This document shows, piece by piece, positions 46,738-56,698 of a DNA stretch of 64,000 bases; positions within the stretch are counted from its first letter, which is position 1, and every line of letters starts with the position of its first letter. A program made the position numbers and the translations under genes. Source of the DNA: Candidatus Magasanikiibacteriota bacterium (GTDB lineage Bacteria; Patescibacteriota; Patescibacteriia; Magasanikbacterales; GWA2-37-8); the NCBI GenBank assembly GCA_041666745.1, contig JBAYGI010000001.1, forward strand, positions 6,447-70,446, read 5' to 3'. Under the pieces are notes generated by a model. The model did no database searches, was not told where the DNA came from, and worked only from the letters and a program-made list of their open reading frames with translations.

Positions 46738-49700
46738 ATGGTGAAAAAAACAAAAGAAAAACAACAACCAAAAATAGAAGGAGCAGAGAGTGTTGTTGGT
46801 GCAGGCGACGCGTCGTCAGTTAAAGGGCCGAACGAAAAAGGGGCTCTTAGGAAAGCGGTAGACAGGTTGTTGGGAAAAAATCCTGAACAAACATTGGAAC
46901 AATCTGTAAAATTTACACCGGGTAGGATGTTTGAATATGAGAAGGGCGAGTTACCAGGGGTCGGGATGAGTTGGGAAGAAATTGGGGAGTTAATATACGC
47001 ATCTTTCGACGTTGATATTTTATATAGAGGTGGTCTAAGTCCTTGGGTTAAAAGAATTTTTAGTGATTTTCCAAACAGCGAAAAAGAGTTTGATAATTTA
47101 GATTATACAGAAAAGGCAAAATACGAAAAACTAATCGAAAAAAAACTTGAAGAGATTAAAGGTGAATTTGCTAAATCTAAAAATACTGAATTGTTGAATA
47201 AATTTTACGCAATGTATTCGCTTGAGTGTTACGAAGATGTTAGTAGTTTGTATGAGGTACGCGAGTCGTTGGAGGATGAAAGAATTGGGTCAGATGATGT
47301 TGATGAAGATGCTATAGAAAAAATCAAAGAGGGTGTTGAGATGGATATCAAAAAAGGCATAGAGTCGAGCGTAAAATTATTTCAACCAGTTAGAGAAAAA
47401 TTGACTAAATTGGGGTTTGAATTGGAAACTGTTTCTTCATGGAATGTTCAAGCAAGCAAGCAGGTTGGTATCCACCGTTTTAGTTTTGTAATAGATCAAT
47501 TTACAGGCAGTATGACATCACCAGATGATATGGTAAAGTTTTGGGAAGGCAAAAAATTAGGCAAAACCGTTGATTTGGCGAAAATAATTAAAGATGATAA
47601 GATTTTTTCTGTACATATTACAGAAAATTTAAGAAAGCAGGTTAAAGAGCAATACAGAGATGAATATAATCTAGAAGATATAACAGAAGAAGTATTGCGT
47701 ATTGAAGACATTACTTTTTCAGATTTATTAAAAAAGATGGATACGTTGGTTGATGAAATATTGGCCGCAAAGGAAGCTGGTGGCAGCAAGCTTGAAACGA
47801 CAGAGAAGGGTGAATTACCAGGCATAGGGCTGAGTTGGCAAGAAATAACAGCGATATCAGTCAACAATGATGATGTGGCGGCTGAAAAATTCTTTGGACA
47901 GATAACAAAAGATGAGCGTGTGGAGTTGGATGAATATTTTGGCAAGAATTCTAAATCTTCGCCAAGTAGTCATGCTACGGCGGTAATTGAAAAGCGATTT
48001 ATAAAATCAGGAAATATTAATCTACGTAATAAGTTTGTTGCAATGTGTCAGATTGACGATCTACGAAGGAATTATTACGAAGACAAAGATGTTCAAGCGG
48101 GTTTAGAACGACTCAATCAGATTGAGCAAAAATTTGCAAAAAAAGGATTTAGGACAACAAGAATTAATCACTTGAACATGCAATACAACATGGAAAAGGT
48201 TGTAGATGGAAATGTTTTTGATTTGATGTTTACGCAGAAAAGCAGACATGGTGATTTTCGAATATCAACAATGTTAATAAAAACAAAAACAGGTGAGGTC
48301 CCAAATTCGCAATTAGTGGAGGATGGTGAATATGAGTCTTTTGAACGAGTGTTGGATTATGTGGATGGTGGCGATGATAGCATTGATAATGATATAGCAC
48401 GGTTGCTGACTAAAAGTAAAGAAGGAAAATATACAACAAGTGATGTAAATAAAGTGTTAAGTGTCGGACACCAGCGTTCGTATGAGCGTATCAAAGACCA
48501 GATAAAGAAAACACCACCGGAGCGCTATCATGCCGAAGTTTGGGAAGGTAGTTATTCAGAAAGGATGTCAAAAGCAGAAAGATTGTTAAAAGATCCATCT
48601 TTGTCTGACGGTGAAAGAAAAGTTATAAAGATTGAATGGAATCGCCTTAATGATCGTGAACAAATAGAAAAACAAAGAGAATTGGCATTTCGTAAAAGTA
48701 CAACAGATTTATCAGCAAAAGAAATAAGGGAGGTTAGTAAAAAGTTTGATAATGAGATAAGTCAAGTAGATCAAACAGCGAGAAAAGCTTTGGAAAATTT
48801 AAGCAAAGAATCAGGTAGCGATCAGTTTTTGCGAAAGATGATAAAGGACGGGATGTTGCATATTCAATATGATAGTGAGGGTGCCGCTAAGCATATTCGT
48901 CCAGATGAATATAGAGACAGTACAAAAAAGACAGAGTTGAAAAACGCTGCAACAGAAGCGTCTGTTGAACGACAAAATAAAGAGTTGTTTGGGTTGTCTG
49001 AAGAGGAGAAAAAATTAACAGGAGACGAGAGAAAGAAAGTGATTGAAAAAAAGCGTAAGGAAATTTTGGAAAAAATTAAAGAAAAGGTAAGAGGGGTGGC
49101 CAGTGACTTAGAAAAGAATAAACCAAACGCCGGTTTTCATGAATTATTTCGTAGTATTTTTAAAGGTGTAAACGAATTAGGTGGTAAAGCAGGAGATAAA
49201 GTAGAAAATCGTGAATTTTTGAAAGATTTATTTGCAGATACTGAATTATTAAAAGAGTTATTAACAAAATTTAATTTTGTTGATGATAGTCGTCAAGATT
49301 TTAATGTATATACAAATGCCCCCGGTACGGAAACCGTTCGCAGTTTAGTGGGTATATTGAGAGAATTTTTTCCAGATGAAGCAGATTTAATTGCCGGAGA
49401 TGCGATTAATACAATATTTTTGGAGAGCCGACACAAAGACATGGAACGTTCATCTCGTCGAACAACATCGGAAAGTCCAAAATATGTAAAAGGAGTTACT
49501 GATTTTGGTGATGTCGATTTTGGTGCTGATTATACAAGTTATTGGCGTTTATTTGAAGTGGTATTTAAGGGGTTGGGAGTTTCGGTTAAACCTGATCAAC
49601 TGAAAGCGTTTAATGAAAAAATTTTGACTAATGTAAATTCCGCTTTACTTCTTGCAGAAAGTAAATTGATTGTAGGGCAAGGTCATGGGGATTTTAATGT

Positions 49701-50535
49701 GGGAAATTTATATTTGGAAACATATAAAAAGTTTTATGGTGAAAGTGGCGCTCGTACTCTGGCAACAGAAGCGTTATTTCCATCATTAGTTGACGATAAG
49801 GAAAAACAACGTAAGATTGGGGCGGGCAGAGAGTTTAATATTATGGGTTTGGGTGGTCATAGTAGAAATGCAGGAGCTATTTTGCAAATTTTTAAGGAGC
49901 ATGGATTAATTGATTTAAAATCTGCCAACCAAATGGTGCGTGTGGCAGAATTTATTGATCAATTAGATGGTGGTAGGAGTGCTGGTGGTATAAGCACTAA
50001 TCGAGAAATTATAGATACCAAAGAGGCAATCAGTACTGTATTTTCAAAAGAACAGGCGGCAAATAATGCTTTGGCGGAAGAAATTGATGAATTGGATTTG
50101 GATTCTATGGAACCTGCTGAGGCCTTGGCATATTTAAAAAAGAAAAAAGAAGCGCGTGGGAGTAAGAAAGAAAGTATAGCTCCGGAAACAGAAAAAGAGA
50201 AAGAAGCACGATCTCGTTATGATCAGAGGATAGTGGCGTGCGAGAGCGAGAACGTTGCCAATTATGGGTTTCAATACGGTGACTGGGGTAGAGATAGAAT
50301 CATCATAGACATAGAAGAAGCAAAAGTTTTGCCTACCGATGTACAGTGTAAGAAAATAATTGATATTTATAAAGAGGCTATTATTAATGAAAGTAATTAC
50401 GAAAATATTTCAATAACGGCTAGGCTTTTGAAGAATTTTGTTCGTTTAACTAGTTTTGTCCCAGATAGCTCAACTATGGAAAAAATTAGCAAGAAAGTTA
50501 AAGATGCAAAAGAGTTGTTGAGAAAGAACAGATAA
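46738..50535 (+). CDS. Large charged hypothetical protein (1265 aa) with an internal duplicated module
   Basis: Long ORF containing EKGELPGVGMSWEEI and EKGELPGIGLSWQEI. Confidence 0.8.
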   Translation: MVKKTKEKQQPKIEGAESVVGAGDASSVKGPNEKGALRKAVDRLLGKNPEQTLEQSVKFTPGRMFEYEKGELPGVGMSWEEIGELIYASFDVDILYRGGLSPWVKRIFSDFPNSEKEFDNLDYTEKAKYEKLIEKKLEEIKGEFAKSKNTELLNKFYAMYSLECYEDVSSLYEVRESLEDERIGSDDVDEDAIEKIKEGVEMDIKKGIESSVKLFQPVREKLTKLGFELETVSSWNVQASKQVGIHRFSFVIDQFTGSMTSPDDMVKFWEGKKLGKTVDLAKIIKDDKIFSVHITENLRKQVKEQYRDEYNLEDITEEVLRIEDITFSDLLKKMDTLVDEILAAKEAGGSKLETTEKGELPGIGLSWQEITAISVNNDDVAAEKFFGQITKDERVELDEYFGKNSKSSPSSHATAVIEKRFIKSGNINLRNKFVAMCQIDDLRRNYYEDKDVQAGLERLNQIEQKFAKKGFRTTRINHLNMQYNMEKVVDGNVFDLMFTQKSRHGDFRISTMLIKTKTGEVPNSQLVEDGEYESFERVLDYVDGGDDSIDNDIARLLTKSKEGKYTTSDVNKVLSVGHQRSYERIKDQIKKTPPERYHAEVWEGSYSERMSKAERLLKDPSLSDGERKVIKIEWNRLNDREQIEKQRELAFRKSTTDLSAKEIREVSKKFDNEISQVDQTARKALENLSKESGSDQFLRKMIKDGMLHIQYDSEGAAKHIRPDEYRDSTKKTELKNAATEASVERQNKELFGLSEEEKKLTGDERKKVIEKKRKEILEKIKEKVRGVASDLEKNKPNAGFHELFRSIFKGVNELGGKAGDKVENREFLKDLFADTELLKELLTKFNFVDDSRQDFNVYTNAPGTETVRSLVGILREFFPDEADLIAGDAINTIFLESRHKDMERSSRRTTSESPKYVKGVTDFGDVDFGADYTSYWRLFEVVFKGLGVSVKPDQLKAFNEKILTNVNSALLLAESKLIVGQGHGDFNVGNLYLETYKKFYGESGARTLATEALFPSLVDDKEKQRKIGAGREFNIMGLGGHSRNAGAILQIFKEHGLIDLKSANQMVRVAEFIDQLDGGRSAGGISTNREIIDTKEAISTVFSKEQAANNALAEEIDELDLDSMEPAEALAYLKKKKEARGSKKESIAPETEKEKEARSRYDQRIVACESENVANYGFQYGDWGRDRIIIDIEEAKVLPTDVQCKKIIDIYKEAIINESNYENISITARLLKNFVRLTSFVPDSSTMEKISKKVKDAKELLRKNR

Positions 50536-50566
50536 AATTCAGTGTAGTACTATTTTTTCACCCCCC

Positions 50567-50595
50567 TTGACAACCCAAGGGGGTTTTGGTATAGT
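50567..50595 (+). promoter_or_regulatory. Promoter of rplJL
   Basis: TTGACA-17 bp-TATAGT. Confidence 0.8.
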
Positions 50596-50602
50596 GATTG
50601 CA

Positions 50603-50741
50603 CCATAGACAGCAGGTGGCGAAAGCCTTAATTACCTGCCGAGGTACAAAAACTAATACTGGATTCCCACTTTCGTGGGAATGACAGTGTAGGAAGTCGA
50701 TTTGTACTGTATTATACGTCTGTGGAAACACAGATTTTTTT
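50603..50741 (+). ncRNA. L10 leader (rplJ autoregulatory RNA)
   Basis: AGACAGCAGGTG...TTAA..CCTGCCGAGG core typical of L10 leaders, followed by a TCTGTG/CACAGA hairpin and T run. Confidence 0.75.
50659..50686. repeat. Family A repeat inside the L10 leader
   Basis: CTGGATTCCCACTTTCGTGGGAATGACA. Confidence 0.85.
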
Positions 50742-50755
50742 GTTAAAAAATCGTT

Positions 50756-51304
50756 ATGCCAAAAACAAGACAACAAAAAGTTCAAGTGATCGAGTCTTTG
50801 ACCGGTGGCTTGAAGGGAAGTAAAGGTGCTGTTTTTGCCAATTTTCAGGGTTTGAAAGTATCAGACTTCGAAGCTTTACGCAAACAAGCTAGAGCGGAAC
50901 AAGTTTTGGTACAAGTAGCCAAGAAAACTTTGGTAAAAAGAGTGTTTGAGGATTTAGGCGTTGAAGTCGATCCAAAAGCATTTCAAGGCGGTATCGTTAC
51001 TTTGTCTGGTCCAGATGAAATCGCAGCTGCCAAAATCGTTAGTAATTTTGCCAAAGCCCACGAATCCGTAACTATTTACGGTGGTGTGCTCGAAGGTAAA
51101 TTTATCGATGCTTTCAGCGTGAGTAATCTCGCCAGCTTACCTAGTAAACATCAATTGCTTGGTCAATTGGTCGGTACGCTCAATGCGCCAATATCCGGTT
51201 TCGTCAATGTACTTGCTGGAAATTTGCGTAATTTAGTGAACGTTTTAAATAATATTTCCGCCAAAGGCGGATCCGCCCCTGGCGGAAAAGTTCTTTCTGT
51301 TTAA
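50756..51304 (+). CDS. rplJ: 50S ribosomal protein L10
   Basis: Motifs MPKTRQQK, VAKKTL and LASLPS; follows the L10 leader. Confidence 0.95.
   Translation: MPKTRQQKVQVIESLTGGLKGSKGAVFANFQGLKVSDFEALRKQARAEQVLVQVAKKTLVKRVFEDLGVEVDPKAFQGGIVTLSGPDEIAAAKIVSNFAKAHESVTIYGGVLEGKFIDAFSVSNLASLPSKHQLLGQLVGTLNAPISGFVNVLAGNLRNLVNVLNNISAKGGSAPGGKVLSV
51257..51286. repeat. Family B repeat, in-frame at the rplJ 3' end
   Basis: TCCGCCAAAGGCGGATCCGCCCCTGGCGGA encodes SAKGGSAPGG. Confidence 0.85.
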
Positions 51305-51320
51305 TTAACCTATAAACTTT

Positions 51321-51722
51321 ATGTCAGAAGAAAAAAATGTAGTTGTTCCTGAGAAGTTTAAAGCTATCGTGGAACAAGTAGAAAAAATGTCAGTATTGGA
51401 TTTGGCCGAATTGGTCAAAATCTTGGAAGAAAAATTCGGTGTTTCCGCTTCCGCTCCAGCTATGATGATGGCTGCCGCTCCAGCTGCTACTGGCGCTCCA
51501 GTAGAAGAAAAAACTGAATTCAATGTTGAGTTAACCGATTTTGGTGCCAACAAGATCAACGTGATCAAGGCAGTAAAAGAAGTAACCGGTTTGGGATTGG
51601 CTGATGCCAAAGCTTTGGTAGACGGCGCTCCAAAAATGATCAAAGAAGGTTTGAAGAAGGATGAAGCGGAGGCTATGAAGAAGAAGATCGAAGAAGCGGG
51701 TGGAAAAGTTACTTTAAAATAA
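51321..51722 (+). CDS. rplL: 50S ribosomal protein L7/L12
   Basis: Motifs [15 protein letters not shown] and [12 protein letters not shown]. Confidence 0.97.
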   Translation: MSEEKNVVVPEKFKAIVEQVEKMSVLDLAELVKILEEKFGVSASAPAMMMAAAPAATGAPVEEKTEFNVELTDFGANKINVIKAVKEVTGLGLADAKALVDGAPKMIKEGLKKDEAEAMKKKIEEAGGKVTLK

Positions 51723-51743
51723 TACTTTTTCATTAAATTCATC

Positions 51744-51858
51744 AAACAAAAAACACGACCAGATAAATACCTTTTCGCTTTTTTTGCCCGCGAGGGCAAA
51801 AGGATGAGCCTCGGCTCATAACCCGCTCAAAGGTAATTATCTGGTCGTGTTTTTGTTT
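51744..51858. repeat. Branched palindrome between convergent genes
   Basis: Outer stem AAAAACACGACCAGATAA/TTATCTGGTCGTGTTTTT enclosing two hairpins. Confidence 0.8.
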
Positions 51859-51859
51859 T

Positions 51860-54127
51860 CTATATATTTATTTGATACAACTTGTTGCTGTCTAATATGT
51901 AGGCGGTTTTGTTTTGTTCATCTATTATCATGCCGATTGGGTTTTTCCATTCTTTGGCGGTGATTTGGTTTTTTAGGTGGCCGTCTTTTTGTAATACTAT
52001 TAGGCGTTTGTTGGTGCCATCCAATAAGTAGATGTATTGTTTGTCGGTGTAAGTCCAAATTTGGCCACCGGTTTTTAGGGCTGGATCTAGGCCCAAAATT
52101 TCAAACGGTTGTTTGTTGCCGGCGGTTAATTTTTCGATTGTTCCATCTGTTTTGCTGACAAACATGTCACCGTCGGTGGTAAGGGATAGACCATTTTTGA
52201 TATTGACTGAAATATCTTTTACCCATTCCTTGCCTGTACCAAAACCGGTTTTGGTATTTTCATGTTTATAAATTTGATTGTTGGTCGTGTCTAGACTATA
52301 AAGACGGCGGTTGTAGATTATCAGGTCATTGATCTTGGTATCGGTGTTTGGGTAAGCCACGTCGGCGGTTTTGAGTGAGGAGTTTTGCGGGTCATAAAGG
52401 GTGATAGTTTTGTTGTCAGACAAAATTGCCGCGTAGTCGTTTTCTTTTGGTATGGCAATGTCGTTGAAATTGGTCAGACTGGTGTCGAGATATTTGGATT
52501 GTTTGGTTAACAAATCATAAATAACAATCGTGGATGAATTGGAGGGTAAAACCAAGATCTGGTTGTTTATTTTGGCTAAGCGAAATAAACCCATCGCTTG
52601 TTTGCTCCAATCAAAAAGTAAATCCGGTACAACCACTACTTCTTTTCGAATTTGTGAAAGTGTGTCATCTATTTGTCGATTGAATTCGTCACATTCTTTT
52701 TTGTATTTTTTACAATCCAATTGAGCGATCAAGTTTTTCACCGCCTGTGTCTCGTTGAGGGTAGTGGTGTCATCTTTGTATATGGCCGCGCTTTCGGCGG
52801 CGTCTTTGTGGGCGATAATTTCTCGAATAATTTCTTGGGATTGTTTTTCTTGCGCCAATCGTACTTGGTTGGCACGGATAAAGAAGATACTGAAAACAAA
52901 AACAATCAATATCAAGGCGCTAAGTGTAAAAAATATTTTGGTGGTTCTTGGTAAGTTTTTTATTCCGGATTTAAAACCACGCCATTGTTGCGACCAATTT
53001 TCCAAAATATTGCGACGACGGTTTTGGTAGTTGGTAACAACAAAAAATAACAATGATAAAAAGTGACCGAGATTTATCAGCAATCTGGCGATAACTAATA
53101 TAACTATCCAAATAAAATGCACGCTATATTTTAGCCATATCAGAGCCGTTTTTAGACTGGTGGTCAAAATTTGTTTGTAAACGTCGGTTTTTTGTGGAAG
53201 CGGTGGTTTGGCGTGATATTGTCGAAGATGGGCGGAATTGATTTCCGCCGGCATTGACGGTGGCCAATTTTTGGTTTGCTCCAACGATTCTTCACTCGGT
53301 TCTTCTTGAAACGCATTTTTTATTTTGTCGTTGATGTTTGGGAACATTGAAGGCGACATGGTGCTGGCGGTATTTTTTTCAGTCGCAAATAGATTGTGTA
53401 GTGATTTTATTGACCCACCCTTTGGCAGAGGCTGTCTTTTGTTGCCGGCCATTACTGACGGCCTGTCTTCGTTGAGATGAATTACCATGCCACCAAACGA
53501 AAATTCATTTCGGATATCGGACAAGACGCGTTCGATATGTTGGGCGCTTTGTTTGGATGGGCGAGTGGTGATGATTTTTTGCAAACGATCATCACTAAAG
53601 AATTCACCGAGCTGTGATGTGCCGATAAACAAAAAGTCGTTTGGGGTGACTTTACCTTCGACTATTTGAGAAAATAGTTGGTCGTTGGTCTCATCTTGGT
53701 TGGCCGAGATCAAATCCATTTTTTTGTACAGGTCGTCCTTGGTTTTATAAAAAAGCAACATTTTTGGATTGCCACAAAAAGAGAAAACTATTTCTTGGTC
53801 TTTTATTACACCAACAACACAGTGTTTTTGAACTTGGTCATCTAGGGTTGGTTTGTTTTCTCGGTTGATGTTTTTTAAGACTGTTTCCAGTGAGTTTTCG
53901 TTGATGTTTTGAGGTGCCTCATAATAACGAGATTCTATTTCATCCACAATATTTTGTAACTTCACAATATCTTTGGTGCCGGTATTGTTCAGTTCACAGA
54001 CAGCAAAAAAATAGCCCTTTTGTCTCTCTTTTTCGTTTGAGGGTTCTGTGATATGTAGCAATACATGGGATTTTTCCCGGTTGCCACCTTCGATAAAAAA
54101 GTCGTGTAATTGTAACTTGTATTCCAT
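51860..54127 (-). CDS. Membrane protein with PP2C-like N-terminus and C-terminal beta-propeller-like region
   Basis: N-terminal alpha/beta region, central TM segments and C-terminal YxLD repeats; fold calls are inference. Confidence 0.65.
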   Translation of the reverse strand: MEYKLQLHDFFIEGGNREKSHVLLHITEPSNEKERQKGYFFAVCELNNTGTKDIVKLQNIVDEIESRYYEAPQNINENSLETVLKNINRENKPTLDDQVQKHCVVGVIKDQEIVFSFCGNPKMLLFYKTKDDLYKKMDLISANQDETNDQLFSQIVEGKVTPNDFLFIGTSQLGEFFSDDRLQKIITTRPSKQSAQHIERVLSDIRNEFSFGGMVIHLNEDRPSVMAGNKRQPLPKGGSIKSLHNLFATEKNTASTMSPSMFPNINDKIKNAFQEEPSEESLEQTKNWPPSMPAEINSAHLRQYHAKPPLPQKTDVYKQILTTSLKTALIWLKYSVHFIWIVILVIARLLINLGHFLSLLFFVVTNYQNRRRNILENWSQQWRGFKSGIKNLPRTTKIFFTLSALILIVFVFSIFFIRANQVRLAQEKQSQEIIREIIAHKDAAESAAIYKDDTTTLNETQAVKNLIAQLDCKKYKKECDEFNRQIDDTLSQIRKEVVVVPDLLFDWSKQAMGLFRLAKINNQILVLPSNSSTIVIYDLLTKQSKYLDTSLTNFNDIAIPKENDYAAILSDNKTITLYDPQNSSLKTADVAYPNTDTKINDLIIYNRRLYSLDTTNNQIYKHENTKTGFGTGKEWVKDISVNIKNGLSLTTDGDMFVSKTDGTIEKLTAGNKQPFEILGLDPALKTGGQIWTYTDKQYIYLLDGTNKRLIVLQKDGHLKNQITAKEWKNPIGMIIDEQNKTAYILDSNKLYQINI

Positions 54128-54230
54128 AAACGCTTGTAGTATACTATATTTATTGCCGTAAGTCCAATAAATACAAGGGGTAAAAGTGGGCGATTTTCGG
54201 CTCGTTTAAAATTAAAAAAAAATGGTGATT

Positions 54231-54827
54231 ATGCTTGAACACTTATTTGGTTCAGTAACACGAATTAAACTTTTGCGTTTGTTTTATACTAATCAAGAGC
54301 GAGCCTATTTTGTACGCGAGCTTTCTCGAGCTATCGAAATTCAGCTCAACGCTGTTCGTCGAGAGTTGGCCAATTTGGAAGAAATCGGCATTATAAAACA
54401 AACAGAATTCGGACAATCCAAAGAAGAAGAAATCGGCACTGAAAGATCAAAATATTATAAAATAAATACCGATTTTTTTCTCCATGAAGAGTTGGGCGCG
54501 TTGCTGGAAAAAACTCAAATAATGGAAGAAAATCATTTTGTTGAATTACTAAAGAAGCGGGCGGGAGATATCAAAGTTATGATTTTGACCGGTTTTTTTA
54601 CTGACGCTGTCGATGTTGGCACGGATATTTTGTTTGTCGGTTCGGCCAAAGCGGTCGTGGTTGCCAAAATAATGCGTGATTTTGAAAAGTTTTTGAATCA
54701 TCCGGTTCGCTATACTATTTTGGATGAAAAAGAATTTTCTGAACGACGTGAAATCGGTGATCGTTTTCTGTATTCTATTTTTGAGGCCAAACATATTTTT
54801 GCGGTAGATGAATTAAAGTTAGGTTAA
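54231..54827 (+). CDS. Winged-HTH protein with a degenerate nucleotidyltransferase-like C-terminus
   Basis: Motifs LFGSVTRIKLL, FVRELSR..NAVRREL and LTGFF...TDILFVG. Confidence 0.75.
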   Translation: MLEHLFGSVTRIKLLRLFYTNQERAYFVRELSRAIEIQLNAVRRELANLEEIGIIKQTEFGQSKEEEIGTERSKYYKINTDFFLHEELGALLEKTQIMEENHFVELLKKRAGDIKVMILTGFFTDAVDVGTDILFVGSAKAVVVAKIMRDFEKFLNHPVRYTILDEKEFSERREIGDRFLYSIFEAKHIFAVDELKLG

Positions 54828-54833
54828 AGTTTT

Positions 54834-55214
54834 ATGTACTTGATGATTGATAATTCATTGGACGATAAAACTGTTTTTCATTATTGCTTGGATACAGATT
54901 GGGTTCAGCGCGAGTTTGATCGGGACGGTCAGGATTTGTTGGCTATTATTGATCGGCTGTTGTCGGATGAAAACAAACAACTTTCAGATTTACGCGGTTT
55001 GGCCGTAGTGGTTGGAAAAGGTAAATTCACCGCCACTCGTATTGCCGTCACCGTAGCCAACACTTTGTCGTATGCTCTGAAAATTCCGGTTTTGGCAGTG
55101 GATGGTTGGTATGAAAATTTAACAAAAGATATTCAATCATCACCGGTAGGGCAATATGTTAGTGCGCAATATAGCGCCCCCGCTCACATTGGTGGTAGTA
55201 AACAAGGAGTATGA
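54834..55214 (+). CDS. tsaB: Short TsaB-like protein
   Basis: LAVVVGKGKFTATRIAVTVANTL resembles the TsaB GPGSFTGxR motif. Confidence 0.7.
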   Translation: MYLMIDNSLDDKTVFHYCLDTDWVQREFDRDGQDLLAIIDRLLSDENKQLSDLRGLAVVVGKGKFTATRIAVTVANTLSYALKIPVLAVDGWYENLTKDIQSSPVGQYVSAQYSAPAHIGGSKQGV

Positions 55215-56698
55215 TTTCAGATTACAAACGTTATCGTTTTTACGAAATTTTACCAGGCTTGTCCATCTGGCTGACTTTGATAGTTGGTGTTTTGTTGTCT
55301 TTTTTCTTTCCATTGGTGATGATTTATTTTATTATTATTTTTGATGTTTATTGGGTGTTTCGTGTTATTTATTTTTCTTTTTATCTTATCTTGTCTTGGA
55401 ACAGATTCCGCAAAGCGGTCAAAACCGATTGGCTCGCCAAACTCAAAGCTGAATTTCCAAATTGGGAGGATAAAAAGAATGTGGTATTTTTGCCTTTGGC
55501 CAACGAAAGCTATGATGTAGTAAAAGGTACATTGCAAGCTCTTTTGAATTCCAGTTATCCGGCGCACAAATTGTATGTGGTGATTTCAGGAGAAGCGCGC
55601 CGTCAAGCCAATTGGGATAAAGTACAGGCACAAGTTAAAGAAAATTTTAGTGGTAAATTCGCCGATATTTTGTACTATACTCATCCGGATAATTTGTTGG
55701 ATGAGATTCCCGGAAAAGGATCGAATATTCATAATGCAGAATTGGAATTTAAAAAATACGCCGATGCTCGCAAATGGAATTACAGTGAAGTGATAATTTC
55801 GGTGTTTGATGTGGATACAGTGGTTCATCCGCAATATTTTGCTCACCTCAATTATATGTATTGCCTGCATCCACATCCGGAGCGTAGTTCTTTCCAGCCG
55901 ATTACTTTATACAACAACAACATGTGGGAATCACCATCGGTGTTGCGCGTGATGGCTTTTGGTACCAGTTTTTGGATGTTATTTTCTCTGGCGCGATTGG
56001 ATGGTTTGGTCACTTTTTCTTCACATAGTATGAGTTTTAAAGCGGCTCTGGAATGTGGCGGACATGCCAAAGATATTGTGAGCGAGGATTCTCGAATATT
56101 TTTTCAATGTTGGTTGCATTATAGCGGTGATTACACGGTTACACCTCTGTATATTCCCGTTTCAATGGATACTGTGCGCGATGAAAGTTTGTTTAAAAGT
56201 TTGAAAAATTTATATTTACAACAACGTCGTTGGGCTTGGGGCACAGAAAATATTCCTTATTTATTATGGCAATTCAAAAAACATCCGGAGATAAATTGGT
56301 GGAAAAAAGTGGTAATTTTATTTCACGAATGGGAAGGCAAATGGAGTTGGGCGGTAGTAGCGATACTTTTGACGATACTTGGACGCTTACCACTGTGGGT
56401 AGCGAGCAACGAAGTTCGTCAGAGCGCTTTATTTTTTAACACTCCCCACGTGTTGGAAAATTTGATGATCTTGGCTACCTTCGGTTTGTTTTTTTCAGCG
56501 GTGATCAGTATGTTGATTTTGCCACCGCGTCCGGAGAGTCATCCAAAATATAAATATTTATTTATGTTGTTGCAGTGGATATTGGTGCCGGTTTCTTTAA
56601 TTTTATTTTCCTCTGCACCTTGTATCGATGCCGTAACTCATTTGATGTTTGGAAAATATCTTGGCTTTAATGTTTCAGCTAAAAAAAGAGCAGTATGA
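55211..56698 (+). CDS. GT2-family membrane glycosyltransferase
   Basis: Motifs GKGSN, DVD, SED and QQRRW; multiple TM helices. Confidence 0.88.
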   Translation: MISDYKRYRFYEILPGLSIWLTLIVGVLLSFFFPLVMIYFIIIFDVYWVFRVIYFSFYLILSWNRFRKAVKTDWLAKLKAEFPNWEDKKNVVFLPLANESYDVVKGTLQALLNSSYPAHKLYVVISGEARRQANWDKVQAQVKENFSGKFADILYYTHPDNLLDEIPGKGSNIHNAELEFKKYADARKWNYSEVIISVFDVDTVVHPQYFAHLNYMYCLHPHPERSSFQPITLYNNNMWESPSVLRVMAFGTSFWMLFSLARLDGLVTFSSHSMSFKAALECGGHAKDIVSEDSRIFFQCWLHYSGDYTVTPLYIPVSMDTVRDESLFKSLKNLYLQQRRWAWGTENIPYLLWQFKKHPEINWWKKVVILFHEWEGKWSWAVVAILLTILGRLPLWVASNEVRQSALFFNTPHVLENLMILATFGLFFSAVISMLILPPRPESHPKYKYLFMLLQWILVPVSLILFSSAPCIDAVTHLMFGKYLGFNVSAKKRAV

